A stretch of 64,000 bases of DNA from an uncultured Planctomycetaceae bacterium. Lineage in GTDB: Bacteria; Planctomycetota; Planctomycetia; Pirellulales; PALSA-1355. The position numbers were made by a program, and so were the translations under genes. The notes under the pieces are model-generated. The model was not told the DNA's origin and did no database searches. It worked only from the letters and a program-made list of their open reading frames with translations. Positions within the stretch are counted from its first letter, which is position 1. Every line of letters begins with the position of its first letter. The stretch spans positions 39,322 through 103,321 of the forward strand of contig CALFYT010000003.1 of NCBI GenBank assembly GCA_937952415.1, written 5' to 3'. Of this stretch, positions 9,568 through 19,786 are shown piece after piece.

Positions 9568-11154
9568 GTGACGCGCCCCACTGCCGCAGACGCGCCCAAT
9601 TCGGCCAGCCAGGTCGCCGACGAGCGGGTCCTGGTATTGGACTTCGGCTCGCAGTATGCGCAACTGATCGCACGCCGGGTACGCGAGCAGCACGTCTATT
9701 GCGAGATCGTGCGCCACGACATCACGGCCGACCGCGTGCGCGAGTTGGCGCCGCGCGGCATCATCTTGTCCGGCGGACCGTCGAGCATCTACGCGCCTGG
9801 GGCACCGAAGTGCGATCCGGAAATCTTCCATCTGGGGATTCCGGTTTTGGGAATCTGCTATGGATTGCACCTGGCCTACGACGCACTGGGTGGCACCGTA
9901 GAGAACTTTCCCGCCCGCGAGTTTGGACGCGCCGCCGTGCGGATCATGTCCCCGTCGGAGCTGTTCGAGGGACTGCCCAACGAAATGGAAGTCTGGATGA
10001 GTCACGGCGATCAGGCCTCATCCGAGTCGGCCGACTTTGTTCCGCTGGCTCAAACCAGTACCTGCCCGGTCGCGGCGCTAAAGCACAAAACACTGGCAGT
10101 CTACGGCCTGCAATTTCATCCGGAGGTAACCCACACGCCGCTGGGCAGCCGCGTGTTGGCCAACTTTCTGAACCGGATTTGCGGCTGCCGCGGCACGTGG
10201 CGGCTGGGCGACTTTGCCGAACAGACGATGGATGCCATTCGCCGGCGCGTGGGCGACCACCGCGTAATCTGCGGCCTGTCGGGCGGCGTGGATTCGTCGG
10301 TGACCGCTGCGATGTTATATCGCGCCATCGGACCGCAACTCTCGTGCATTCTCATCGACAACGGATTGCTGCGTAAGGAAGAAGAAGCCGCCGTCATCAA
10401 TGAGTTCTCAGGTCATTTCAAGACCGACCTCCACGTCGTCAAGGCCGAGGACAAATTCCTGAGGGCTTTGGCCGGCGTGACCGATCCACAGGAAAAACGT
10501 CGCCGAATCGGCCATGCGTTTATCGAGTGCTTCCACGACGAAGCTGCGAAGGTCGAAGACGCCCGATTCCTGGCACAGGGCACCCTCTATCCCGACGTCA
10601 TCGAAAGCGGAGCGGCGGCCGACGGTCCGGCGGCCACGATCAAGCTGCACCACAATGTGGGCGGATTGCCGGAGGAAATGAACTTCGAGTTGATCGAACC
10701 GCTCCGCGATCTATTCAAGGACGAAGTGCGGCAACTAGGCCTGCAACTCGGGCTGCCCGAAGACATCGTCTGGCGGCATCCGTTTCCGGGCCCCGGGTTG
10801 GCAGTCCGCTGCTTGGGCGAGGTGACGAAGCAACGGCTGGACACGCTGCGCGACGCAGACGCGATCGTCATCGAGGAGATTCGCGCCGCCGAGCTGTACC
10901 GTAAGACATCGCAAGTCTTCGCCGTGCTGTTGCCCGTCCAGAGTGTGGGCGTGATGGGTGATGCGCGCACCTACCAGGATACGATCTGCGTACGGGCAGT
11001 GACCACCGAGGACTTCATGACGGCCGATTGGTGCCACCTGCCGTACGAGGTCCTGGCGACGATCTCAACTCGAATCATCAACGAAGTGCCGGGCGTCAAT
11101 CGCGTCGTGTACGACGTCAGCTCCAAGCCACCAGCCACTATCGAGTGGGAATAA
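9568..11154 (+). CDS. guaA: glutamine-hydrolysing GMP synthase
   Basis: GATase part ([29 protein letters not shown]), PP-loop SGGVDSSV, and a C-terminus ending [11 protein letters not shown] 9568 has a GGGAGGG SD 6 nt upstream. The frame stays open back to 9502. Confidence 0.9.
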   Translation: MTRPTAADAPNSASQVADERVLVLDFGSQYAQLIARRVREQHVYCEIVRHDITADRVRELAPRGIILSGGPSSIYAPGAPKCDPEIFHLGIPVLGICYGLHLAYDALGGTVENFPAREFGRAAVRIMSPSELFEGLPNEMEVWMSHGDQASSESADFVPLAQTSTCPVAALKHKTLAVYGLQFHPEVTHTPLGSRVLANFLNRICGCRGTWRLGDFAEQTMDAIRRRVGDHRVICGLSGGVDSSVTAAMLYRAIGPQLSCILIDNGLLRKEEEAAVINEFSGHFKTDLHVVKAEDKFLRALAGVTDPQEKRRRIGHAFIECFHDEAAKVEDARFLAQGTLYPDVIESGAAADGPAATIKLHHNVGGLPEEMNFELIEPLRDLFKDEVRQLGLQLGLPEDIVWRHPFPGPGLAVRCLGEVTKQRLDTLRDADAIVIEEIRAAELYRKTSQVFAVLLPVQSVGVMGDARTYQDTICVRAVTTEDFMTADWCHLPYEVLATISTRIINEVPGVNRVVYDVSSKPPATIEWE

Positions 11155-11162
11155 CCCAGGCG

Positions 11163-11204
11163 CAAAAAAGTGCGGGGTGGCATCGAGAATTGATGCCACC
11201 CCGC
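11163..11204 (-). terminator. rho-independent terminator, hairpin shared by convergent guaA and the porin-like gene
   Basis: Perfect 13-bp stem GCGGGGTGGCATC / GATGCCACCCCGC (11172-11184 / 11192-11204) with a 7-nt loop. On the minus strand it is followed by ACTTTTTTGCG. On the plus strand there is no U-tract. Confidence 0.8.
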
Positions 11205-11366
11205 TCCCGCCTACTCACGTCGGGAGACTGCCGGATGGCGGGCCTGCGCCCACGGGCCAGTCTCCGATGCCGGCGGCTGGCGACAAGCCCCCGGTCACAA
11301 CGCGATTGGAGATTCCGAACGGCGCCGTCGGTGGTCGCCCCACCAAAGACCGGCGCCGAAGCCTTT

Positions 11367-12452
11367 CTAGTTGGTAATCAAGAACGTACCGTTGTTGGCC
11401 ACCGGGATGAGCGGCAGTCCCTGCGGTCCGGAGACCGACGGACGAAACGACTTGCCACCCAGCGAGTAGACCAATCCGGCACCGAAGGCCCACAGCTCTT
11501 CGTTCGAACCGACGACGCCCGTAGCCGAGCCGGGGAACGAGAACGTGAAGTTGCCGTACAGCGACAGATAGTCGTTCAATGGGGCCTGGCCGTAGGTGCC
11601 AAGCAGCCAACTCCCGATGTCGGCCGGATCGTTTCCGCCGACCCAGAGCATCGTCTGGCCGCCGAAGTTGTAGTTGTGGCGCCAGAACACGTTGTACTGG
11701 TTCAAGGCACGAGCCGGCGGGGGCGTAATGCCTGCCACCGAATTGTCACCCGTGGTGCGGAAAGCACCCCAGACACCCAGCTCGTTGAAGTCGTCGATGG
11801 CCCAGCCGATCAATCCGCGCACCTGGCCAACATAGAGTTCGCCGGCGAACAAACCGTACTGGTGGTCCCAAAGTTGGTCGTAGACGAGACCCCAGCTCAA
11901 CTGGTCGCCGTGCAACACGTCGCTGCGCTTCGACACGCCCATCGTCAGGAACGTCTGTTGCTCGGCCGAGCTGAACGCGGCGCTGTCACGGCCCTTCAAG
12001 TCGTAAACGCCGTAGCTGGCACCAATCTGCCCGCGGATGGGCGAATCAGGGATGAGTTGGAATCCGGTGTTGAACCCGCCGACGAAGCCGGCGCTGTTCA
12101 TCCAGCCGTCGTCCAACGTGCCCGGAGGGGCGGTGTCACCCAGCGACTTGAACGCCTCACCGCCGATCAACAGCACGGTGTTGTCCCGCCACGTGCCGAA
12201 ATCGTTACAGCAGTCGTCCCACACGCACGTATCGCAACTGCCGGTGGTCGGCGGGGCCGGGGTCTTGGCCACGTCCTCTTCGCCGGTCAGGTAGTTACTC
12301 TCTGTCGGCGTTTGGGCATAGTACGACTGATAGTTGTTCCCGGTCGTCACTTTGGCCGGGGAATAGAGCTGGGCATGCGCGACGCCCGTGGTCAGGCACA
12401 GCCCGAGCGCTGACGCCAATGCCGGCAGCGTTCGTAAAGAGAGAGTTCGCAT
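11367..12452 (-). CDS. secreted protein, probable outer-membrane beta-barrel (porin-like)
   Basis: ATG 12452 has an AAGGAGG SD. Signal peptide MRTLSLRTLPALASALGLCLTTGVAHA. The mature part is Gly/aromatic-rich with an alternating pattern, plus an N-terminal Cys cluster (GSCDTCVWDDCCNDFG). A strong terminator lies downstream. The function is inferred. Confidence 0.5.
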   Translation of the reverse strand: MRTLSLRTLPALASALGLCLTTGVAHAQLYSPAKVTTGNNYQSYYAQTPTESNYLTGEEDVAKTPAPPTTGSCDTCVWDDCCNDFGTWRDNTVLLIGGEAFKSLGDTAPPGTLDDGWMNSAGFVGGFNTGFQLIPDSPIRGQIGASYGVYDLKGRDSAAFSSAEQQTFLTMGVSKRSDVLHGDQLSWGLVYDQLWDHQYGLFAGELYVGQVRGLIGWAIDDFNELGVWGAFRTTGDNSVAGITPPPARALNQYNVFWRHNYNFGGQTMLWVGGNDPADIGSWLLGTYGQAPLNDYLSLYGNFTFSFPGSATGVVGSNEELWAFGAGLVYSLGGKSFRPSVSGPQGLPLIPVANNGTFLITN

Positions 12453-12857
12453 AACAGTCCGCCTCCTTGTTGTTGATGCGAGAGACGGGGACAATGGCTC
12501 GCTTCCCGGCCGCTGCCGACTACAACGTCGGGCAACCGAAGGGTGAACCACGCGCGTTCGCGGAGTCGAGAATCGTTCCGATTCTTCCGACACCGCGACG
12601 TACGCCCGCCAGATCCTTCTGCGCGGCGCGTCTGCTAAGGTTCCCGTCAAAGTAATCAATCGAACGGCCGGATCGATCGGCACACTGTTTTCAAGTGATT
12701 CCGTGCAACCGCGACTTGCGCCAGGTCTTTCGCAGACAGTCAGGTTTGTAGGGCCGTTATAGACCGAACCAAATGCAGCCGGATGGCCGTTGTTTGGTTG
12801 CAGTACCGATCAGCTAAAGTTTGCCGGTTAGCCGGTCCTATCCGACTAACGGCAAGG

Positions 12858-12866
12858 TGGTAGAAT
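12858..12866 (+). promoter_or_regulatory. candidate extended -10 element upstream of ettA
   Basis: TGGTAGAAT (TGnTAnAAT) about 130 nt upstream of the ettA ATG. No clear -35. Confidence 0.3.
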
Positions 12867-12997
12867 GCCCGATCGACACGCAAGCCGCGTCCGTTGGCCG
12901 CCGCCCTTCGCGGTGCACGGCGCGGCGACCCGACAGTGCAAGTCCACGATCGCCGACAGCGCGGCGATCAACGGCGAACTTCCAACCCCCGACGAGC

Positions 12998-14671
12998 ATG
13001 GGCAAGCAATACATCTACCAGATCGCGAACCTGACCAAGAAACACGGCCAGCGCGAGGTGCTCAAGGACATCTGGCTGGCGTTCTATCCTGGCGCGAAAA
13101 TCGGCGTCCTGGGTCGTAACGGCTCAGGCAAGAGCACCCTGCTGCGGATCATGGCGGGCGCAGACCGGGATTTCGAGGGCTCGGCCGTGCTGACCGAAGG
13201 GTTCACAGTCGGCTATCTACCGCAGGAACCTCAACTCAATCCGGAAAAGGACGTCTGGGGCAACGTCGAAGAAGCCGTCGAGCCGATTCGAGCCATTCTT
13301 CGCCGGTTCGACGAGATCAACGCCCGGCTTGGCGAGGACATGAGCCCTGAGGAGATGGAGAAGCTGCTGGCTGAGCAAGCCAAAGTGCAAGACCAGATCG
13401 AAGCAGCTAACGCATGGGAACTCGATCGGCAGATCGAAATCGCCATGGACGCCATGATTCTCCCGCCCAGCGATGCCGACGTGTCAACCCTTTCGGGCGG
13501 AGAGCGGCGCCGGGTGGCGCTGTGCAAGATTCTGTTGGAGCGGCCAGACTTGCTGTTGCTCGACGAGCCGACCAATCATCTCGACGCCGAAAGCGTGGCC
13601 TGGCTCGAACGCCATTTGGCCGAGTACCCAGGCACAGTGGTGGCCGTGACGCACGATCGTTACTTCTTGGACAACGTGGCCGGCTGGATCCTGGAGCTGG
13701 ATCGCGGAGAAGGGATTCCCTGGGAAGGCAACTACACGTCGTGGCTTGAGCAAAAGAAGGACCGATTGGCCGCGGAAGAGAGGGCCGCCACCGCACGACA
13801 AAAATCGCTCGACCGCGAGCTGGAATGGATCCGGATGGCCCCGCGGGCTCGACAAGCCAAGAGCAAGGCGCGCATCAAAGCCTACGAAGAAATGTCGCAG
13901 GCCGCGGCGCGCGATCGGGACGCCGAGCTCGAAATTCAAATCCCAACCGGCCAGCACTTGGGCGAGCTGGTCATCGAGGCCCAAAAGTTGTCGAAGGGCT
14001 ATGGCGATCGCCTATTGATCGACGACTTGAGCTTTCGCCTGCCACCGGGCGGCATCGTCGGTGTGATTGGCGCCAACGGCGTGGGTAAAACCACCCTGTT
14101 TCGGATGATCGTCGGCGAGGAAGAACCCGATGGCGGCTCCATTCGCGTCGGCGAAACGGTCGAACTGGGCTACGTCGACCAGAATCGCGACGCCCTGGCA
14201 CCCGATGCCACGGTGTACGAGGAAATCTCCGGCGGGCACGACACCCTAGAGATGGGCAAACGCAAGGTCAACGCCCGTGCTTACGTCGCGCGGTTCAACT
14301 TTCAAGGCCAAGACCAGCAGAAAAAGGTTGGCGACTTGTCGGGCGGAGAACGCAATCGCGTCCACTTGGCGAAGCTGCTGCGTCGCGGGTGCAACGTGCT
14401 GATGCTCGACGAACCGACCAACGACTTGGACGTCGACACGCTGCGGGCCCTGGAGGAGGCCATCCTAAATTTCGCCGGCTGCGTCGTCGTGATCAGCCAC
14501 GACCGCTGGTTTTTGGATCGGGTAGCAACGCACATCCTGGCATTCGAGGGCAACAGCTACGTGCATTGGTGCGAGGGCAACTTCGACACGTACGAAACGC
14601 AGCGCCGCGAGCGACTTGGCATCGAAGCCGACCAGCCCAAGCGAATCCGATACAAGAAGCTACAGCATTAG
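12998..14671 (+). CDS. ettA: energy-dependent translational throttle protein EttA (ABC-F ATPase)
   Basis: [26 protein letters not shown]-terminus. Two ABC cassettes ([20 protein letters not shown] and [20 protein letters not shown]), no TM domain, about 557 aa. Confidence 0.9.
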   Translation: MGKQYIYQIANLTKKHGQREVLKDIWLAFYPGAKIGVLGRNGSGKSTLLRIMAGADRDFEGSAVLTEGFTVGYLPQEPQLNPEKDVWGNVEEAVEPIRAILRRFDEINARLGEDMSPEEMEKLLAEQAKVQDQIEAANAWELDRQIEIAMDAMILPPSDADVSTLSGGERRRVALCKILLERPDLLLLDEPTNHLDAESVAWLERHLAEYPGTVVAVTHDRYFLDNVAGWILELDRGEGIPWEGNYTSWLEQKKDRLAAEERAATARQKSLDRELEWIRMAPRARQAKSKARIKAYEEMSQAAARDRDAELEIQIPTGQHLGELVIEAQKLSKGYGDRLLIDDLSFRLPPGGIVGVIGANGVGKTTLFRMIVGEEEPDGGSIRVGETVELGYVDQNRDALAPDATVYEEISGGHDTLEMGKRKVNARAYVARFNFQGQDQQKKVGDLSGGERNRVHLAKLLRRGCNVLMLDEPTNDLDVDTLRALEEAILNFAGCVVVISHDRWFLDRVATHILAFEGNSYVHWCEGNFDTYETQRRERLGIEADQPKRIRYKKLQH

Positions 14672-14789
14672 CCGGTCTGTGATGGGGAGATGCCACCCTC
14701 GATACGATCGTTGCAGGCATTGACGTGACACGCCGTCAGAGCAGCGGTAGAATCGCGCCTTTCGTGCGACACTATCCCGAGGAGGAATC

Positions 14790-15281
14790 ATGAACACCAA
14801 AGAAGCATTGAAGGCCGGTATCGACGGCGGGGGATTCGTGGCAAACGCCTACCTGGCTGACTTGACCGATGCGGACCTACTGGTGCGGCCCGCGCCCGAC
14901 TGTAACCACATCGCCTGGCAATTGGGCCACCTGATCGCAGCCGAACACCAGATGGTCGAGGGCGCTTGCCCCGGATCGATGCCCAACTTGCCCGACGGGT
15001 TCGCCGAAAAACACACCAAGGAATCGGCCAAGAGCGACAACCCGGGCGACTTCTGCAGCAAAGAGGAATATCTGAACGCGGCCAAAGAGCAGCGGGCCGG
15101 CACGTTCGCCGCGCTCGAGAAACTGAGCGATGCGGATCTCGACAAGCCGGCACCCGAGGCGATGCGTAGCTATTGCCCAAACGTGGGCTCAATCTTCACG
15201 ATGCAGGGCACGCATTGGATGATGCACGCCGGACAATGGGCGATCATTCGGCGAAAGTTGGGCAAGCCGCCCTTGTTCTAA
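14790..15281 (+). CDS. DinB-family (four-helix-bundle, metal-dependent) protein
   Basis: 163 aa with a GAGGAGGA SD. It has the DinB-like pattern with spaced His residues (HIAWQLGHLIAAEH ... THWMMHAGQW). Confidence 0.7.
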   Translation: MNTKEALKAGIDGGGFVANAYLADLTDADLLVRPAPDCNHIAWQLGHLIAAEHQMVEGACPGSMPNLPDGFAEKHTKESAKSDNPGDFCSKEEYLNAAKEQRAGTFAALEKLSDADLDKPAPEAMRSYCPNVGSIFTMQGTHWMMHAGQWAIIRRKLGKPPLF

Positions 15282-15410
15282 CCGCGGCGTGCCCTTGACC
15301 ACGTTCGGGCGTTTCCCCTATAGGTAGATGCTTCCATTCGATCGCGTCGCGCGGCCAGCGGGGCCGGCAACCCGATAAATACGACACCAACATCCTCGAG
15401 GTGAGCAGCC

Positions 15411-15617
15411 GTGACCATTGTGCGAGTAGGCGCCACGAAGAAGTACACCGACGGCTGGGAAGCAGCGTTCGGTAAAGGCAAGAAATCGAAGTCGTCCGCG
15501 GCGACCAAGAAGAAGGCGATAAAGAAAAAGGCCACTGGAAAGGCTTCAGCGAAGAAGAAGCCGGCTAAGAAACGGGCCGGTGCCAAGAAGTCGGCCAAGA
15601 AAAGGGCCGCCAAATAG
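15411..15617 (+). CDS. small Lys/Ala-rich basic protein (histone H1/Hc1-like tail)
   Basis: 68 aa. GTG start with a GAGGTGAG SD. A short N-terminal segment (TIVRVGATKKYTDGWEAAFG) is followed by KKSKSSAATKKKAIKKKATGKASAKKKPAKKRAGAKKSAKKRAAK. Confidence 0.6.
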   Translation: MTIVRVGATKKYTDGWEAAFGKGKKSKSSAATKKKAIKKKATGKASAKKKPAKKRAGAKKSAKKRAAK

Positions 15618-15687
15618 GCCGCCCATCGGACCAAGCGCCGTTATCCGCCCGGGCAGCCCCGGCCACCCGCGATGCGCCCGTCGCGCT

Positions 15688-16251
15688 TCATCCGCGCGAC
15701 AGGTAGCTGGCGGTGCGCGTGTCGACCTTCACCGTCTCGCCTTGGGACAGGTACTCAGGCACCTGCACCACGAGCCCTGTCTCGAGCGTGGCCGGCTTGG
15801 TTCGGCTGGTCGCCGAATTGCCGCGTACGCCCGGGTCGCACTGCGTGACCTTCAATTCGACCGTCACCGGAAGCTGCAAGCCAACACACTCATCGTTGTA
15901 GATCAACGCCTGAACGCCTTCGAGGTCTTCGGTCAGGAATTGGTTCTCATAGGCAATGTCTTCCAGCGGAAACGCGTACTGATTGTAGTCCTGCTGGTCC
16001 AGAAAGTGCGTGTGCGTCGCGTCGCTGTACATCAGCTTGATAGGACGGCGCTGAAAATCCGCCTCTTCCAACGACTCTCCGCCGCGCAGCACGATGTCGA
16101 CCTTCTGCTTCGTGACGAGGTTCCGGGCCCGATATTTGTAGATCGTGGCCGCGCCGCGCGCCGACGGACTCTGCACGCTGATCGATTCGATCATGCAGGG
16201 AGCGTCTTCGTAGTTGAGAATCGCTCCGTTCTTGATGTCTTTGGCAAGCAT
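15688..16251 (-). CDS. yeiP: elongation factor P-like protein (YeiP/EfpL type)
   Basis: 188 aa from ATG 16251. Full EF-P architecture (KPATLETGLVVQVPEYL). The tip loop VQSPSARGAATIYKYR matches the YeiP-type QSPTARGAAT loop, not the EF-P KPGKG loop. The E. coli sequence is recalled from memory. Confidence 0.8.
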   Translation of the reverse strand: MLAKDIKNGAILNYEDAPCMIESISVQSPSARGAATIYKYRARNLVTKQKVDIVLRGGESLEEADFQRRPIKLMYSDATHTHFLDQQDYNQYAFPLEDIAYENQFLTEDLEGVQALIYNDECVGLQLPVTVELKVTQCDPGVRGNSATSRTKPATLETGLVVQVPEYLSQGETVKVDTRTASYLSRG

Positions 16252-16362
16252 TGTCGTGCAAACCCATCCGATGCGCAATGCCGCCAACAAACGAAGAAAC
16301 GCAGAAAAATGCGGCATCGGCCGGCGGTGCGATCCGTGGGACAGCCGCGCCGGCCAGGACGA

Positions 16363-16851
16363 TCATAGCAGCGAGCCCGAGGCCGGATCAACGCCCACGC
16401 CGCCGGTCAGCTCCACCAGCGCGTCCATCACGATCAGCAGTGCGCTGGGATCCAGCATCTCGTCGAGTTCGTCGGGCGCGTCGTCGTCCGAGACGTGTTC
16501 GAAGTGCAGCAGGTCGAAGCGCGCCTCGTACTTCCCAAGTCGCTCAGCCTTTGCGCGTTCTTCATCGTCGATGGCCGACGCCGCCAATTCTTGCCGTAAG
16601 GCGGCTCCCATCTCGACGACTTCTTCGCCCGCTTCGTAGCTGATGTCGAGCGCAGCGTAGTCATCGTCGGACATGACGGTGATTGACTCGAACCGCCCGT
16701 CCTCATCCTCGCGCGGGTCCGTAAGCTCGAAGCGTTCGTTTAGGTCATGCAGCAACTTCTCGATCTGGTGCAGCGTGGGGCGTTTGGCCGAATCGAACAG
16801 CACAAAATACGTTTCGCGCCACTTGTATTCGTCCCGCTCGAAGGTTGACAT
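16363..16851 (-). CDS. hypothetical acidic protein
   Basis: 162 aa from ATG 16851, 9 nt after the upstream stop, with GGGAG inside the upstream gene end acting as SD. Very Asp/Glu-rich. No motif I recognise. Confidence 0.6.
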   Translation of the reverse strand: MSTFERDEYKWRETYFVLFDSAKRPTLHQIEKLLHDLNERFELTDPREDEDGRFESITVMSDDDYAALDISYEAGEEVVEMGAALRQELAASAIDDEERAKAERLGKYEARFDLLHFEHVSDDDAPDELDEMLDPSALLIVMDALVELTGGVGVDPASGSLL

Positions 16852-16859
16852 CGGTCCGT

Positions 16860-17093
16860 CTACTCCCATTCTTCCTCGCCGGGTCCCAGGCCGCCTTGCC
16901 AGCTTTCCAGCGCTCGTAGCATCTCGTCACGTTCCATCTGTTTCGCCCAGACCGACTCGCCTTGCTCTAAGCGGACTTCGTACTGTCCTTCTCGCTCGCA
17001 GTCCTCGGCTCCGCAAAAATGCGGCGTCGCGGAAATCCACATGACGCGATAAAGGGGGATGTGCTTGTCGTCGACGATGCTGAAAATGGACAT
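16860..17093 (-). CDS. hypothetical small protein (77 aa)
   Basis: ATG 17093 has a GGAG SD 9 nt upstream. Sequence MSIFSIVDDKHIPLYRVMWISATPHFCGAEDCEREG.... It is tightly followed by the acidic-protein gene and then yeiP. Confidence 0.55.
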   Translation of the reverse strand: MSIFSIVDDKHIPLYRVMWISATPHFCGAEDCEREGQYEVRLEQGESVWAKQMERDEMLRALESWQGGLGPGEEEWE

Positions 17094-17259
17094 TCTCGAT
17101 ACTCCGCTAACTCGTTAATTCGCGCTCCGATGCACACTGGCGGCCATGGACGCCGCCCATCAGAACGCGAACTCATTATACTCCGGGTCGATTAGATTTT
17201 CGGCCGGGCAGCGGCCTTGCCCGCTGGCTCCGAGTCGGCCGGCGACATCGCGATCGCCG

Positions 17260-18078
17260 TTAGTTCCCCGCTTCGGTGCCCAATTCGATCGATCGCCGCG
17301 TAGCTGCCTCGACCGCGGCTATCAGCGTACCGCGCAGGCCGCCAGATTCTAGGGCAGCCAAACCGGCAATCGTTGTTCCGCCAGGGCTCGCGACCCGGTC
17401 CTTCAACACTCCGGGGTGCTCGCCGGTTTGCACCACCATTTCGGCAGCACCGCGAACGGTCTGCGCGGCCAACTTCAGGGCGATGTCCCTCGGCAACCCC
17501 ATGCGGACTCCGGCGTCGCTGAGCGCTTCGATGATCACGTAGACGAACGCTGGCCCGGAACCGGACAAACCCGTGACGGCATCCAGCAGTTTTTCGTCGA
17601 CTAGCAGCGCCAGGCCGACCGAGCCCAGCAATCGGCCGACGCGCTGTGCATCGTCGTCCGTGGATCGAGGGCCCATCGCATAACCACTGGCGCTTTGACC
17701 GACCAAACACGGTGTGTTGGGCATCACGCGCACCAATCGCGACTCGGGCAGTGCGCGATCCAATGTCGTAAAGGTCACGCCAGCGGCAATCGACACGACC
17801 AGCTTTCCGGCCGCGAAGTCGGCTAGCCCAGCGGTGGCGGCGGCGACGTGCTGCGGCTTGGTGGCCAGCAAAATCAGGTCGGCAGCCGCTGTCACGCTGG
17901 CGTTGTCCGGCAGACCCTGCGCGCCGGGAACCGCCTCTAAGAAGCCGTTTAGTGCGGTCTGCGACGGATCGGCCGCCAGCAGCTTGTCGGCCGAGACCAG
18001 ACCAGCGTGGGCAAATCCGCTCGCCAGGGCGCGAGCCATCTGGCCGGCACCAATGAACCCAATCGAATCGTTGTGCAT
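17260..18078 (-). CDS. proC: pyrroline-5-carboxylate reductase
   Basis: ATG 18078 (MHNDSIGFIGAGQMARAL Rossmann motif). C-terminal SPGGTTIAGL motif. 272 aa. Confidence 0.92.
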   Translation of the reverse strand: MHNDSIGFIGAGQMARALASGFAHAGLVSADKLLAADPSQTALNGFLEAVPGAQGLPDNASVTAAADLILLATKPQHVAAATAGLADFAAGKLVVSIAAGVTFTTLDRALPESRLVRVMPNTPCLVGQSASGYAMGPRSTDDDAQRVGRLLGSVGLALLVDEKLLDAVTGLSGSGPAFVYVIIEALSDAGVRMGLPRDIALKLAAQTVRGAAEMVVQTGEHPGVLKDRVASPGGTTIAGLAALESGGLRGTLIAAVEAATRRSIELGTEAGN

Positions 18079-18379
18079 ACGCGAGACTGGCCGACAAGAA
18101 TGGGACGGGAAATGATAGCACGCTGGCGCCGGCTGATGCCGACCACTTCTAACTCTACGGCCCGTTTGGCACTCTCGCAAGGAACCGCGCAAGGATGCGG
18201 CTGTTTCCGCTGACTGGACAACGTGTTCGGTGCGGCGATGCGACCCGTGACGCTGCCCAAAAACCCGACTGGACATGGGTACTCCTTTTTGCTATTCTAC
18301 GCCCATAATCTATTGCAGGTTGGGGATAGTAAGGTTGCCGGCCGATCCCATCTGTACTTCATGAATCGGAGAATATCCG

Positions 18380-18784
18380 ATGCGCACCGCTGGATGCATG
18401 CTGGTCGGAATCGCGGTCATCTGGACGGCGCCGTCCATCGCCCAAGCCCAAAACTGCCTGTCTCGGTTGTGCCCCTTTGGCTGTTGTCATGCCAAGGGAG
18501 GTGCCGATGCGCCGATTACCCACGTTGCCGATTCCGGGCAGGGAACGCAAACGACGGCCGTCTTCAACAAAGTCGGCTCTGGCACGCGACGTTTCATAGC
18601 CAACACGCGGGATCTGTTCACATTCGGCAAACCGAGTGGAGCGCCGGCATCAGCCGGGGGCAAATACGCCTTTCGCAGTAGCCCCAAGAAGCCGGGCTTC
18701 TTCTACAAGCTGTTCCACCCCGAGCCTCCGCCGCCGCCCAAGACCGTCGACGAGTGGATGTCGCTCGAGCAAATCCATCCGTAA
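18380..18784 (+). CDS. secreted hypothetical protein
   Basis: GGAG SD. Signal peptide MRTAGCMLVGIAVIWTAPSIAQA. Cys-rich start (CLSRLCPFGCC) and a proline run (PEPPPPPK). Confidence 0.6.
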   Translation: MRTAGCMLVGIAVIWTAPSIAQAQNCLSRLCPFGCCHAKGGADAPITHVADSGQGTQTTAVFNKVGSGTRRFIANTRDLFTFGKPSGAPASAGGKYAFRSSPKKPGFFYKLFHPEPPPPPKTVDEWMSLEQIHP

Positions 18785-18818
18785 CCGATCGATCGTCGCG
18801 TAAGTCCAGGGCGGCAAC

Positions 18819-19067
18819 ATGCTGTGGACAACGCCAATCGCCATGCGCCCGGACCGAACGACGTCTCCGCGAAACCATTCAACCCGCGCCGCCGCGCTGG
18901 TGATGCTGGCCTGCGCGGTCGCCAGTGGATGTTCCGGGCCGCTCGGATCGCATTGGGCCGATTTTCAAACCCGACGCGAAATCGAACGGGTGGCCGCCGA
19001 CGACTCGTTCCCCACGGCCGCCGAGATCGGACTGACACCGAGCGCCGATTCGTCGACCGACGAGTGA
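18819..19067 (+). CDS. putative small lipoprotein
   Basis: Lipobox-like AVASGC after a hydrophobic stretch AAALVMLACAV. The alternative start ATG 18843 is possible. Confidence 0.45.
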   Translation: MLWTTPIAMRPDRTTSPRNHSTRAAALVMLACAVASGCSGPLGSHWADFQTRREIERVAADDSFPTAAEIGLTPSADSSTDE

Positions 19068-19204
19068 GCAACTGGGCGAAATGGTCTTGGGGAGGCGCTG
19101 GTCCGGGTCTATCCTGGCGGCAGTCGTCTGACACCCCCGCGGCGTTTGGCCGCGGGGCAAACAGTGGCGGGCGAGCGTCTTGGCCTTGCCAAGGTGGCAA
19201 GCCT

Positions 19205-19786
19205 ATGCGACTTCGGACGGTGCTTGACTTGGGTCGTTTTCGTGTGGACGATTCCTCCATGCTGTACAGCAAACGTGCAATTCGACTGACCGGTGTGGTC
19301 CTGTTGCTGGTGTGCTGCGTCGGATGCGACCAGTTGACCAAACGGGTGGCCCAGGCGCGGCTCAAGGGGCGGCCCACATCCAGCTTCTTCGGTGACTTGT
19401 TTCGCCTGCAATATGCCGAGAATCCAGGTGCGTTCCTGGGCCTGGGTGGCCAGATCCCGGCCTCGGCCCGGCCGCTGATCCTGATCGGCATCAACGTCGT
19501 GATTACGCTGGGGTTGTTGGCAGCTATTGTCTTCGGCGGTCGCATGACACCCGCGCGATTGGCCGGGTGCGCGCTGCTGCTGTCCGGTGCGTTGGGAAAT
19601 CTGATCGATCGCATGCGTTTTGATGGATTGGTGATCGACTTCATGAATCTGGGCATCGGTCCACTGCGCAGTGGCATCTTCAACGTGGCCGATGTGGCGA
19701 TCATGCTCGGCGCGGGCCTGCTTGTGCTGCCGATGCAAGCCGCTACGGAAGACGACTCGCCAAAACGCGAACCCGCCTCGGCGTAG
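19205..19786 (+). CDS. lspA: lipoprotein signal peptidase II
   Basis: Motifs ENPGAFLGLG, GALGNLIDR, IFNVADVAIMLG. ATG 19205 has an AAGGTGG SD. ATG 19259 is an alternative start. Confidence 0.88.
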   Translation: MRLRTVLDLGRFRVDDSSMLYSKRAIRLTGVVLLLVCCVGCDQLTKRVAQARLKGRPTSSFFGDLFRLQYAENPGAFLGLGGQIPASARPLILIGINVVITLGLLAAIVFGGRMTPARLAGCALLLSGALGNLIDRMRFDGLVIDFMNLGIGPLRSGIFNVADVAIMLGAGLLVLPMQAATEDDSPKREPASA

